This document shows, in pieces, positions 1-9,838 of a stretch of DNA of 60,000 nt. Each line of letters starts with the position of its first letter. The first letter of the stretch is position 1. A model generated the notes under the pieces. The model had not been told where the DNA came from. It made no database searches and saw only the letters and a list, made by a program, of their open reading frames with translations. The DNA comes from Laetmonice hystrix. Its lineage: Eukaryota. Both the position numbers and the translations under genes were made by a program. Location of the stretch: the NCBI GenBank assembly GCA_965235115.1, contig OZ249436.1, positions 6,636,001-6,696,000 on the forward strand, read 5' to 3'.

Positions 1-1520
1 TGGAACACCATGCCCCCCAAAATTGAAAAAAACAGATCGGAGAAAAAAAAGTTCAATATTCAAACATTTTTCATGCGAAGGTTATTTCTTGTAACTTCTT
101 GATTTTTGGGGATTTGATTTATGGCTATATGAGGTGCATGTAGACACCAAAATAATCTTCCAAAAATAGACACAGGTGGCGCCACTAGTGGCCAAAGTTG
201 GCCGATCGCTAAATATGACCCATTTTGAGAGGCCATTTTACCTATGTGGCCAAGGTGGAAGAGCGTTGGGATATTTTTTCCTTGATAGTGCACATTTTTG
301 CCATTAACAAAACCTAAGTCCCTAATCCCTTCCATACTTCCTTCCCTGTCAAATAATTTTTCAAATAATATCCATTTGAGTAAAGTTCACGCTGTGATGG
401 GATATGAGGTACGTTGTTTTTATATCATAAAATTTTTATTATTTGCCAAAGAATTTTTGAAAGTGGTAAATATCCTAAACTGTTGGTCTTTTGTAGATTT
501 TTGTCTTTAAATTAATTAGTTAATTAATTAATTATAAATAAATTTATAAATTTATTTTAATTAATTAATTAAATTAATTAATTAAATTATTGATTTAATA
601 ACTTAAAATCATAAAATATAATAATATAAGATAAAATATAAAAATAAATTATAAATTTATTTTACAATTAATTAATTACTTTAATAATTAATTTAAATAC
701 AAAAATCTTCAAAAGACCAACAGTTTAAGCTATTTACCACTTTCAAGAATTCTGTGGCAAATAATAAAAATTTTATGATATAAAAACAATGTACCTTGTA
801 TCTCGTCACAGCGTGAACTTTACTAAAATGGATATTATTTGAAAAACTATTTGACAGGGAAGGAAGTATGGAAGGGATTAGGGACTTAGTTTTCTTTAAT
901 GTCCAAAATGTGCTTTATCAAGGAAAAAATATCACAATGCTCTTCCACCTTGGCAACATAGGCAAAATGGCCCCTCAAAATGGGTCATATTTAGCGATCG
1001 GCCAACTTTGACCACTAGTGGCGCCACCTGTGTCTATTTTTAGAAGATTATTTTGGTGTTTGCATGCACTTCATATAACCATAAATCAAATCCCCAAAGA
1101 TCAAGAAGTTACAAGAAGGAACTTTTGCATGAAAAATGTTTGAATATTGAATTTTTTTTTCTCCGATGTGTTTTTTTCTATTTTGGGGGGCATGGTGCTC
1201 CAAGGAATAAGCAGAGAATTAAAATGTTATTACTTTTTCCTGGTCTCTACATATTAAAGTTTCAGTGGGCAGAAATACAAGTTGCCAGCTCTTATAATTT
1301 CTGAATGGCAGCCCTCTAAAAACGGCTCAGAAAAAGAAGCGTTTTTTTCAGGGGTACCCCCACCCAAACTCATGGGGGTATAACATGGGAACCGTTGGGA
1401 ATTTGGAAGAAAAATTTCAGAAATGTACTTCAGATATATAGATCTAACTACATGCCAAATAAGAAAAAAATTGGAGATGGTCACCCGGGAGCCACTGGTC
1501 GATTTGACATGGAATGACCC
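1..1520. mobile_element. Foldback (long-TIR) non-autonomous DNA transposon, copy 1 (left 326 bp outside window)
   Basis: Same sequence as 4568-6087. Ends GGAATGACCC at 1520 followed by TTTA; near-pure AT centre ~505-700. Confidence 0.9.
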
Positions 1521-1728
1521 TTTAAGCTGTGAACGTGATGTCCCAATGCTGGCCGGTATCAGATATTCTCAAACATACAGTGTACTCAAAATGTCAGATA
1601 CCATGTATAGTTTAAGGTTTTGTTCGATATAAGACGGTTATAGACGTATGCAAGGAAAGAACACGTATTACAGTATATAAAATATGGATATAATATTAGC
1701 AAGATCGATTCTTTTCTGATGTTGTGGG

Positions 1729-1744
1729 GGTCCTGAGAAGGACC
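1729..1744 (-). terminator. Replication-dependent histone 3' stem-loop with downstream purine-rich element
   Basis: Minus strand GGTCCT-TCTC-AGGACC ~30 nt after the H2B TGA, followed by CCCACAACAT and CAGAAAAGA (HDE-like). Confidence 0.85.
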
Positions 1745-1773
1745 ATTAGTTTCGTTTCGTAGATTGAGCCTCT

Positions 1774-2141
1774 TCACTTGGAGCTGGTGTACTTGGTGAC
1801 GGCCTTGGTGCTTTAACTGACGGCGTGCTTAGCCAGCTCACCGGGGAGGAGCAGACGGACGGCCATCTGGATATCCCGGCTGGTGATGGTAGAGCGGCGG
1901 TTGTAGTGGGCCAGACGTGGAGCCTCGGCTCGAAGATGTCGTTCACAAACGAGTTTATGATAGACATGGCCTTGCTGTAGATACCCGAGTCTGGGTGGAC
2001 CTGCTTCAACACCTTGTAGATCTAGATGTAGATGGAGTTGGAGTCCCTCCTCCTCTTCTTGCGCTTCTTGTCGCCCGTGCGGACAGCGTTGGCCTTGCTA
2101 GCGGCCTTCTTAGCTCCCTTCGACGCTGGTTTTGGCGGCAT
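1774..2141 (-). pseudogene. H2B: Histone H2B pseudogene (copy 1)
   Basis: Reads [70 protein letters not shown], then a 10-nt deletion, then ..[49 protein letters not shown]. Lesions: 6-nt insertion with TAG, frameshift, second stop at the AVSE glutamate codon. Confidence 0.97.
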
Positions 2142-2398
2142 GGTGACTAAGATGCCAGCCGGTGCGTTTTCTTTATATATGGAGTCGTATGCAAATTAGC
2201 AGCGAGTTCATACTGAAAGGAGCCATGCATGGTTCATCCGCGATCCGTTGGTGGCGCCACCGTACAGTGCTGCGGTTCGACCCATGTTTGAACTCGCTCA
2301 TTCGCTTGCATATAAACGCGGAGAACACCGGCCTCGCCATTGTGCTAGACATTGTGCTAGACAGATATTTTGCTAACACACCCATCCAAACAATCATC
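2142..2398. promoter_or_regulatory. Divergent H2B/H2A-type promoter with putative H2A 5'UTR
   Basis: H2B side: TATATAAA (minus, 2172-2179) and octamer ATGCAAAT 2189-2196, the classic H2B element. Plus side: TATAAA 2311-2316, cap-like CATT ~2338, A/C-rich leader ending CAAACAATCATC. Mirror motifs GCGAGTTCA and TGAACTCGC occur on the two sides. The H2A assignment is inferred from the usual H2A-H2B pairing. Confidence 0.7.
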
Positions 2399-2660
2399 AA
2401 GTTGTCCGATGGAGGATTACAAGTGGCGTCCATTAGAGAAAGGCGTAAAACCAAGAGAATTAAAATAGCATTATCCCTAATCTTGGGAGAAGGAACTGAC
2501 AAATTGTATATTGGTCGAGAACTTAGATATGAGCGGAATGAGTTAAGTAGTAACTTGAGTCCACATAGTGAAATAAAACCTAGTTTTTTGAGGAAAGCGA
2601 TAGAAGATTGGTTTTATTTTCGTTCTGCATTTCCAAGTGTTAAAATTATTGACGACTTAA
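2399..2660 (+). mobile_element. Fragment of L1/Tx1-clade non-LTR retrotransposon ORF2 (region C-terminal to RT)
   Basis: Translation KLSDGGLQVASIRERRKTKRIKIALSLILG...NLSPHSEIKPSFLRKAIEDW resembles the GGL-x-[VL]..I....A..[IL]K motif and the PHS..P.F...W segment of L1/Tx1 ORF2. Recognised by eye; 3' limit approximate. Confidence 0.55.
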
Positions 2661-3067
2661 GCGTTTTAAATCATTCCCTGGCCAGTACAAGCATAAATTT
2701 GTGCGCACTGAAGAAGGTAGCAATGGCATTCATAGGAAAAATTTCAAGTTGGCACACACACTCAGCTTCTCAAAGTAGACAGAAACGTGGAGATGTTGGT
2801 ATAAAACCGGCTATTTCTGTACACAATTGGCTGGAAGTGTACGAAAGTATATATTCTCTGAAAGCTCTATTAGTTCTCTATCAGATGAGACCAGAAAATC
2901 ACAGATTTATGCATTTCGTTTCATTTTATTTGACCTTGAGGCGCTGAAAGTCTGAAAATAGGCAATTGTACATGGTTCAAAATTATCACCCATATATCGC
3001 CACCCGTGTGACAGACAGTGTACTTTGAAGCGCTGCTAGGGACACGGACGGGGCACCAGAGGTTTAA
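2661..3067. mobile_element. Possible right end of a piggyBac-type non-autonomous element (duplicate at ~7228-7630)
   Basis: Ends GGGGCACCAGAGGTTTAA, a piggyBac-like end before TTAA. No matching left TIR found. Confidence 0.25.
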
Positions 3068-3131
3068 TGAAATATACCACTAGGACGGCGACATGTTTGA
3101 GTGTTTCAATAAATGTCAGGCCAATCAGAAA

Positions 3132-3316
3132 CGTGCGGACGGCGTTGGCCTTGCTAGCGGCCTTCTTATCTCCCTTCGACGCTGGTTTTGGCGGCATGAT
3201 GACTAAGGTGCCAGCCGGTGCGTTTTCTTTATATATGGAATCGTATGCAAATTAGCAGCGAGTTCATATTGAAAGGAGCCATGCATAGTTCATCCGCGTT
3301 CCGTTGGTGGCGCCAC
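3132..3316 (-). pseudogene. H2B: Second 5' H2B fragment (first ~22 codons, ATG at 3197) plus TATA/octamer promoter
   Basis: Diverged direct copy of ~2076-2260 with octamer and TATA retained. Confidence 0.9.
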
Positions 3317-4240
3317 ATATTATACCCCGACGCCGTGCCTGCTAGGGAGCATGTTTGGCGCTGCAGTCGCTTGGCAGGCTGCCGCCGTCACGTGTGATGC
3401 CAAGGCCAATCAGCAGCCATGTATGAACTCGCCGTTTCAGAAATCTAAGCTACTTGCTAGTTACCGGCCCATTTGACCAGCAAGATGGCGTCGGTCGTCA
3501 TAACCCTAGATTTCATCATTTTCAGTAATATCTTATAATAGAAATTATTTACAATAACAATTTATGGATAGTCGTTGCACTTTTAGTCCCGCAGACAACA
3601 TATCCAAATCCAAGCTTTGGGTTGTGGCTACAAAATGCTTATATCTTATCATAAATAAGGTGGTTCGCGCGGGACACCACTCTGGAGGTCCAGCGCCACC
3701 TCGATACTATATAAAGCCCGCACTACCACTGGTAATATGTAGTGAACGGTCACGTCTGAAAGTATCGCTTAGATAGACTCGGGTCTGTCTCCCATGAACT
3801 GGCTGATGGGTCGGAAGGAGCTTGCATGGGTCCACGTTCGGTCGTAGCCTGGCAACACGTGCTGATGGTCAAACACTGACAGTATGATGAGTCGCTTAGT
3901 GTCCACTTGGAGGCGGGAGGGTGCAAGCCTGAGAAAAGTGCGACATGACTCTTCTAAAGGGATGTAGCAATACAACCCGTTCCCCGTCAGTGGGTCGATC
4001 TGTGGCATAGTTCCGTATGGCGGCTACCATTGGGTTATCACGTGTTGTATCAGACGCCAGATCTTCGAACGGTAGGATGAACGAATCTAGTCGACTAAGA
4101 CCAAGTTCACTTTTTTTTAGGTTAATTAAAATTCCTCCATCATCTGAAATTCAACAAACGCTACCGTTCTCCGTTTTGTGCAAGGCTCGTGACGACCGAC
4201 CAGGATTGATTATGAGAAGTGTGTGGTTGTGAATGTTTTA

Positions 4241-6087
4241 GGGTCATTCCATGTCAAATCGACCAATTTTGGAAAATCTTCCCGGGGGACCATCTTCGAT
4301 TTCTTTCAAATTTGGCATGCAGTTAGACCTGTGTATTTGCAGTACAATCCTAAAATTCTGCTCCAAAATACCCAACGGTCTCCGAGTTACACCCCGATAA
4401 GCGAGGGTGGGGGTACCCCTGAACAAAGCACGTTTAATTCTGAGCCATTTTTAGAGGGCTATCATTCAGAAACTGTAAGAGCTGGCAACTTGTATTTTTT
4501 CCCACTGAAACTTCAATATGGAGAGACCAGGAAAAAGCAATAACATTTTATTTCTTTGCTTATTCCTTGGAACACCATGCCCCCCAAAATTGAAAAAAAC
4601 AGATCGGAGAAAAAAAAGTTCAATATTCAAACATTTTTCATGCGAAGGTTATTTCTTGTAACTTCTTGATTTTTGGGGATTTGATTTATGGCTATATGAG
4701 GTGCATGTAGACACCAAAATAATCTTCCAAAAATAGACACAGGTGGCGCCACTAGTGGCCAAAGTTGGCCGATCGCTAAATATGACCCATTTTGAGAGGC
4801 CATTTTACCTATGTGGCCAAGGTGGAAGAGCGTTGGGATATTTTTTCCTTGATAGTGCACATTTTTGCCATTAACAAAACCTAAGTCCCTAATCCCTTCC
4901 ATACTTCCTTCCCTGTCAAATAATTTTTCAAATAATATCCATTTGAGTAAAGTTCACGCTGTGATGGGATATGAGGTACGTTGTTTTTATATCATAAAAT
5001 TTTTATTATTTGCCAAAGAATTTTTGAAAGTGGTAAATATCCTAAACTGTTGGTCTTTTGTAGATTTTTGTCTTTAAATTAATTAGTTAATTAATTAATT
5101 ATAAATAAATTTATAAATTTATTTTAATTAATTAATTAAATTAATTAATTAAATTATTGATTTAATAACTTAAAATCATAAAATATAATAATATAAGATA
5201 AAATATAAAAATAAATTATAAATTTATTTTACAATTAATTAATTACTTTAATAATTAATTTAAATACAAAAATCTTCAAAAGACCAACAGTTTAAGCTAT
5301 TTACCACTTTCAAGAATTCTGTGGCAAATAATAAAAATTTTATGATATAAAAACAATGTACCTTGTATCTCGTCACAGCGTGAACTTTACTAAAATGGAT
5401 ATTATTTGAAAAACTATTTGACAGGGAAGGAAGTATGGAAGGGATTAGGGACTTAGTTTTCTTTAATGTCCAAAATGTGCTTTATCAAGGAAAAAATATC
5501 ACAATGCTCTTCCACCTTGGCAACATAGGCAAAATGGCCCCTCAAAATGGGTCATATTTAGCGATCGGCCAACTTTGACCACTAGTGGCGCCACCTGTGT
5601 CTATTTTTAGAAGATTATTTTGGTGTTTGCATGCACTTCATATAACCATAAATCAAATCCCCAAAGATCAAGAAGTTACAAGAAGGAACTTTTGCATGAA
5701 AAATGTTTGAATATTGAATTTTTTTTTCTCCGATGTGTTTTTTTCTATTTTGGGGGGCATGGTGCTCCAAGGAATAAGCAGAGAATTAAAATGTTATTAC
5801 TTTTTCCTGGTCTCTACATATTAAAGTTTCAGTGGGCAGAAATACAAGTTGCCAGCTCTTATAATTTCTGAATGGCAGCCCTCTAAAAACGGCTCAGAAA
5901 AAGAAGCGTTTTTTTCAGGGGTACCCCCACCCAAACTCATGGGGGTATAACATGGGAACCGTTGGGAATTTGGAAGAAAAATTTCAGAAATGTACTTCAG
6001 ATATATAGATCTAACTACATGCCAAATAAGAAAAAAATTGGAGATGGTCACCCGGGAGCCACTGGTCGATTTGACATGGAATGACCC
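4241..6087. mobile_element. 1847-bp foldback non-autonomous DNA transposon, Sola2/Sola3-like (GGG...CCC termini, 4-bp TSD TTTA)
   Basis: Starts GGGTCATTCCATGTCAAATCGACCA and ends TGGTCGATTTGACATGGAATGACCC. Imperfect inverted arms of ~830 bp surround an AT-only core (~5075-5265). TTTA lies at 4237-4240 and 6088-6091, and a single TTTA marks the empty site near 8993. Superfamily inferred from termini and TSD only. Confidence 0.88.
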
Positions 6088-6295
6088 TTTAAGCTGTGAA
6101 CGTGATGTCCCAATGCTGGCCGGTATCAGATATTCTCAAACATACAGTGTACTCAAAATGTCAGATACCATGTATAGTTTAAGGTTTTGTTCGATATAAG
6201 ACGGTTATAGACGTATGCAAGGAAAGAACACGTATTACAGTATATAAAATATGGATATAATATTAGCAAGATCGATTCTTTTCTGATGTTGTGGG

Positions 6296-6311
6296 GGTCC
6301 TGAGAAGGACC
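6296..6311 (-). terminator. Histone 3' stem-loop (copy 2)
   Basis: Identical to 1729-1744. Confidence 0.85.
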
Positions 6312-6340
6312 ATTAGTTTCGTTTCGTAGATTGAGCCTCT

Positions 6341-6708
6341 TCACTTGGAGCTGGTGTACTTGGTGACGGCCTTGGTGCTTTAACTGACGGCGTGCTTAGC
6401 CAGCTCACCGGGGAGGAGCAGACGGACGGCCATCTGGATATCCCGGCTGGTGATGGTAGAGCGGCGGTTGTAGTGGGCCAGACGTGGAGCCTCGGCTCGA
6501 AGATGTCGTTCACAAACGAGTTTATGATAGACATGGCCTTGCTGTAGATACCCGAGTCTGGGTGGACCTGCTTCAACACCTTGTAGATCTACATGTAGAT
6601 GGAGTAGGAGTCCCTCCTCCTCTTCTTGCGCTTCTTGTCGCCCGTGCGGACGGCGTTGGCCTTGCTAGCGGCCTTCTTAGCTCCCTTCGACGCTGGTTTT
6701 GGCGGCAT
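6341..6708 (-). pseudogene. H2B: Histone H2B pseudogene (copy 2)
   Basis: Same lesions as copy 1 (DSYSIYM*IYK, 10-nt deletion, AVS*), so inactivation predates the duplication. Confidence 0.97.
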
Positions 6709-6965
6709 GGTGACTAAGATGCAAGCCGCTGCGTTTTCTTTATATATGGAGTCGTATGCAAATTAGCAGCGAGTTCATACTGAAAGGAGCCATGCATGGT
6801 TCATCCGCGTTCCGTTGGTGGCGCCACCGTACAGTGCTGCGGTTCGACCCATGTTTGAACTCGCTCATTCGCTTGCATATAAACGCGGAGAACACCGGCC
6901 TCGCCATTGTGCTAGACATTGTGCTAGACAGATATTTTGCTAACACACCCATCCAAACAATCATC
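6709..6965. promoter_or_regulatory. Divergent H2B/H2A-type promoter (copy 2)
   Basis: Duplicate of 2142-2398. Confidence 0.7.
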
Positions 6966-7227
6966 AAGTTGTCCGATGGAGGATTACAAGTGGCGTCCAT
7001 TAGAGAAAGGCTTAAAACCAAGAGAATTAAAATAGCATTATCCCTAATCTTGGGAGAAGGAACTGACAAATTGTATATTGGTCGAGAACTTAGATATGAG
7101 CGGAATGAGTTAAGTAGTAACTTGACTCCACATAGTGAAATAAAACCTAGTTTTTTGAGGAAAGCGATAGAAGATTGGTTTTATTTTCGTTCTGCATTTC
7201 CAAGTGTTAAAATTATTGACGACTTAA
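6966..7227 (+). mobile_element. L1/Tx1-like ORF2 fragment (copy 2)
   Basis: Duplicate of 2399-2660 (DGGLQVASIRERLKTKRIK). Confidence 0.55.
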
Positions 7228-7694
7228 GCGTTTTAAATCATTCCCTGGCCAGTACAAGCATAAATTTGTGCGCACTGAAGAAGGTAGCAATGGCATTCAT
7301 AGGCAAAATTTTAAGTTGGCACACACACTCAGCTTCTCAAAGCAGACAGAAACGTGGAGATGTTGGTATAAAACCGGCTATTTCTGTACACAATTGGCTG
7401 GAAGTCTACGAAAGTATATATTCTCTGAAAGCTCTATTAGTTCTCTATCAGAGACCAGAAAATCACATATTTGTGCATTTCGTTTCATTTTATTTGACCT
7501 TGAGTTGCTGAAAGTCTGAAAATAGGCAATTGTACATGGTTCAAAATTATCACCCATACACGCCATCCGTGTGACAGACAGTGCACTTTGAAGCGCTGCT
7601 AGGGACACGGACGGGGCACCAGAGGTTTAATGAAATATACCACTAGGACGGCGACATGTTTGAGTGTTTTAATAAATGTCAGGCCAATCAGAAA

Positions 7695-7879
7695 CGTGCG
7701 GACGGCGTTGGCCTTGCTAGCGGCCTTCTTAGCTCCCTTCGACGCTGGTTTTGGCGGCATGATGACTAAGGTGCCAGCCGGTGCGTTTTCTTTATATATG
7801 GAGTCGTATGCAAATTAGCAGCGAGTTCATACTGAAAGGAGCCATGCATAGTTCATCCGCGTTCCGTTGGTGGCGCCAC
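7695..7879 (-). pseudogene. H2B: 5' H2B fragment plus promoter (copy 2)
   Basis: Duplicate of 3132-3316. Confidence 0.9.
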
Positions 7880-9105
7880 ATATTATACCCCGACGCCGTG
7901 CCTGCTAGGGAGCATGTTTGGCGCTGCAGTCGCTTGGCAGGCTGCCGCCGTCACGTGTGATGCCAAGGCCAATCAGCAGCCATGTATGAACTCGCCGTTT
8001 CAGAAATCTAAGCTACTTGCTAGTTACCGGCCCATTTGACCAGCAAGATGGCGTCGGTCGTCATAACCCTAGATTTCATCATTTTCATTAATATCTTATA
8101 ATAGAAATTATTTACAATAACAATTTATGGATAGTCGTTGCACGTTTAGTCCCGCAGACAACATATCCAAATCCAAGGTTTGGGTTGTGGCTACAAAATG
8201 CTTATATCTTATCATAAATAAGGTGGTTCGCGCGGGACACCCCTTTGGAGGTCCAGCGCCACCTCGATACTATATAAAGCCCGCACTACCACTGGTAATA
8301 TGTAGTGAACGGTCACGTCTGAAAGTATCGCTTAGATAGACTCGGGTCTGTCTCTCATGAACTGGCTGATGGGTCGGAAGCAGCTTGCATGGGTCCACGT
8401 TCGGTCGTAGTCTGGCAACACGTGCTGATGGTCAAACACTGACAGTATGATGAGTCGCTTAGTGTCCACTTGGAGGCGGGAGGGTGCAAGCCTGAGAAAA
8501 GTGCGACATGACTCTTCTAAAGGGATGTAGCAATACAACCCGTTCCCCGTCAGTGGGTCGATCTGTGGCATAGTTCCGTATGGCGGCTACCATTGGGTTA
8601 TCACGTGTTGTATCAGACGCCAGATCTTCGAACGGTAGGATGAACGAATCTAGTCGACTAAGACCAAGTTCACTTTTTTTAAATAATTCACCTCTCATAC
8701 TTTTAATCACTCATATAATTGACAAGTGATGCCGAGGTCAGCCTAATAAAGCAGATGGTGCTTTTAGACAGGACGTTGTTTCACTGAAAGGCGTCTGTCT
8801 TTGACCAAGTCGGTCGTAAGGCACGTCAGCTGAACGCCCCCCCCCCATCGCCACCACCTCATGGCGGCGTACCCAAGGTTAATTAAACTTCCTCCATCAT
8901 CTGAAATTAAAAAACGCTACCGTTTTCCGTTTTGTGCAAGGCTCGTGACGGCCGACCAGGATTGATTATGAGAAGTGTGTGGTTGTGAATGTTTTAAGTT
9001 GTGAACGTGATGTCCCAATGTTGGCAGGTATCAGATATTCTCAAACATACAGTGTACTCAAAATGTCAGATACCATGTATAGTTTGAGGTTTCCTTCGAT
9101 ATAAG

Positions 9106-9494
9106 TTATACATGTCCATATTATCATGTTATCATGTTGATGACCGTCATCGATGTGAAAACTAATTTAGGAGTAATGCGTCCTTGATAAAGGGTGACCC
9201 AGCAAAATTCAGGATGGAAGTATACATTTGGCACGCTTTGAGAATTTTTGTTGGTTGTATAACTTGGGGTCCCTCACAGAGAAATGAAAGTGACATCTTA
9301 AGTTGAAGGATTTATACATGTCTGAACGCATGGAGAATAATACGAAAGACGGCCGACCGGCCGGGAATTGATGTCATCGTTTCTGAACAAATTCCAGCAA
9401 ATCTCGATTATCGTGAATATAGAAGGTGCACAGAAATACTCCTGATGCATGTAAAAACTATAATTACTATATAACTCCGCGGTTATAGGTTATA
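9106..9494. other. 389-bp segment flanked by 19-bp direct repeats, absent from units 1 and 2
   Basis: AGGTTTCCTTCGATATAAG at 9087-9105 and 9495-9513; units 1 and 2 have a single related copy (aggttttgttcgatataag). Confidence 0.75.
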
Positions 9495-9605
9495 AGGTTT
9501 CCTTCGATATAAGACGGCTATAGACGTATGCCAGGAAAGAACACGCATTACAGTATATATATGGATATAATATTAGCAAGATCGATTCTTTTGTGATGTT
9601 GTGGG

Positions 9606-9621
9606 GGTCCTGAGAAGGACC
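9606..9621 (-). terminator. Orphan histone 3' stem-loop (unit 3, no upstream H2B)
   Basis: ggtcctgagaaggacc with the same flanks as copies 1 and 2. Confidence 0.8.
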
Positions 9622-9798
9622 ATTAGTTTTGTTTGTGGGATATACCAGAGCATAATATCTATACAATTCTTTTACAGAGAGATGCTCAATAGGATCGGAA
9701 TTTTAAAGAAACATTTGTTTACATGTCGTTATGGGAATGAAAATGCCATGTAATGTTTCAGGCAGAGAGTTTAAACATGTTGATGGGAACAGAGAGTC

Positions 9799-9838
9799 GC
9801 GCCTCTCGCCTCTCGCCTCTCGCCTCTCGCCTCTCGCC
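9799..9838. repeat. (CGCCTCT)n heptamer repeat, ~5 copies
   Basis: Direct reading. Confidence 0.85.

Larger units (their letters stand above)
1..4118. repeat. Tandem segmental duplication unit 1 (5'-truncated by window edge), ~4.56-kb period
   Basis: Position 1 (tggaacaccatg) recurs at 4568. ORFs repeat at offset 4567 (60/4627, 1746/6313) and later 4563 (3067/7630, 3564/8127). Confidence 0.97.
4119..8681. repeat. Tandem segmental duplication unit 2 (complete, ~4563 bp)
   Basis: Collinear with unit 1 up to ccaagttcacttttttt (4101-4118 vs 8664-8680). Confidence 0.97.
8876..9634. repeat. Partial, more diverged third unit: lacks the foldback element, carries a 389-bp insert, ends just before the H2B stop codon
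   Basis: aggttaattaaa..cctccatcatctg at 8876 matches 4119. gtgaacgtgatgtcccaatg at 9001 matches the sequence after the foldback. Histone stem-loop at 9606-9621; similarity lost after ~9634. Confidence 0.9.

Noticed and set aside
1746..2012. 88-aa ORF as an H2B variant with a novel C-terminus
   Set aside because: Product of a 10-nt deletion downstream of an in-frame TAG; the true H2B C-terminus is in another frame with a further stop.
2162..2947. 261-aa ORF (251 aa in copy 2) as a gene
   Set aside because: It runs across promoter, UTR, LINE fragment and a non-coding TE-like piece, and its start lies upstream of the plus-strand TATA.
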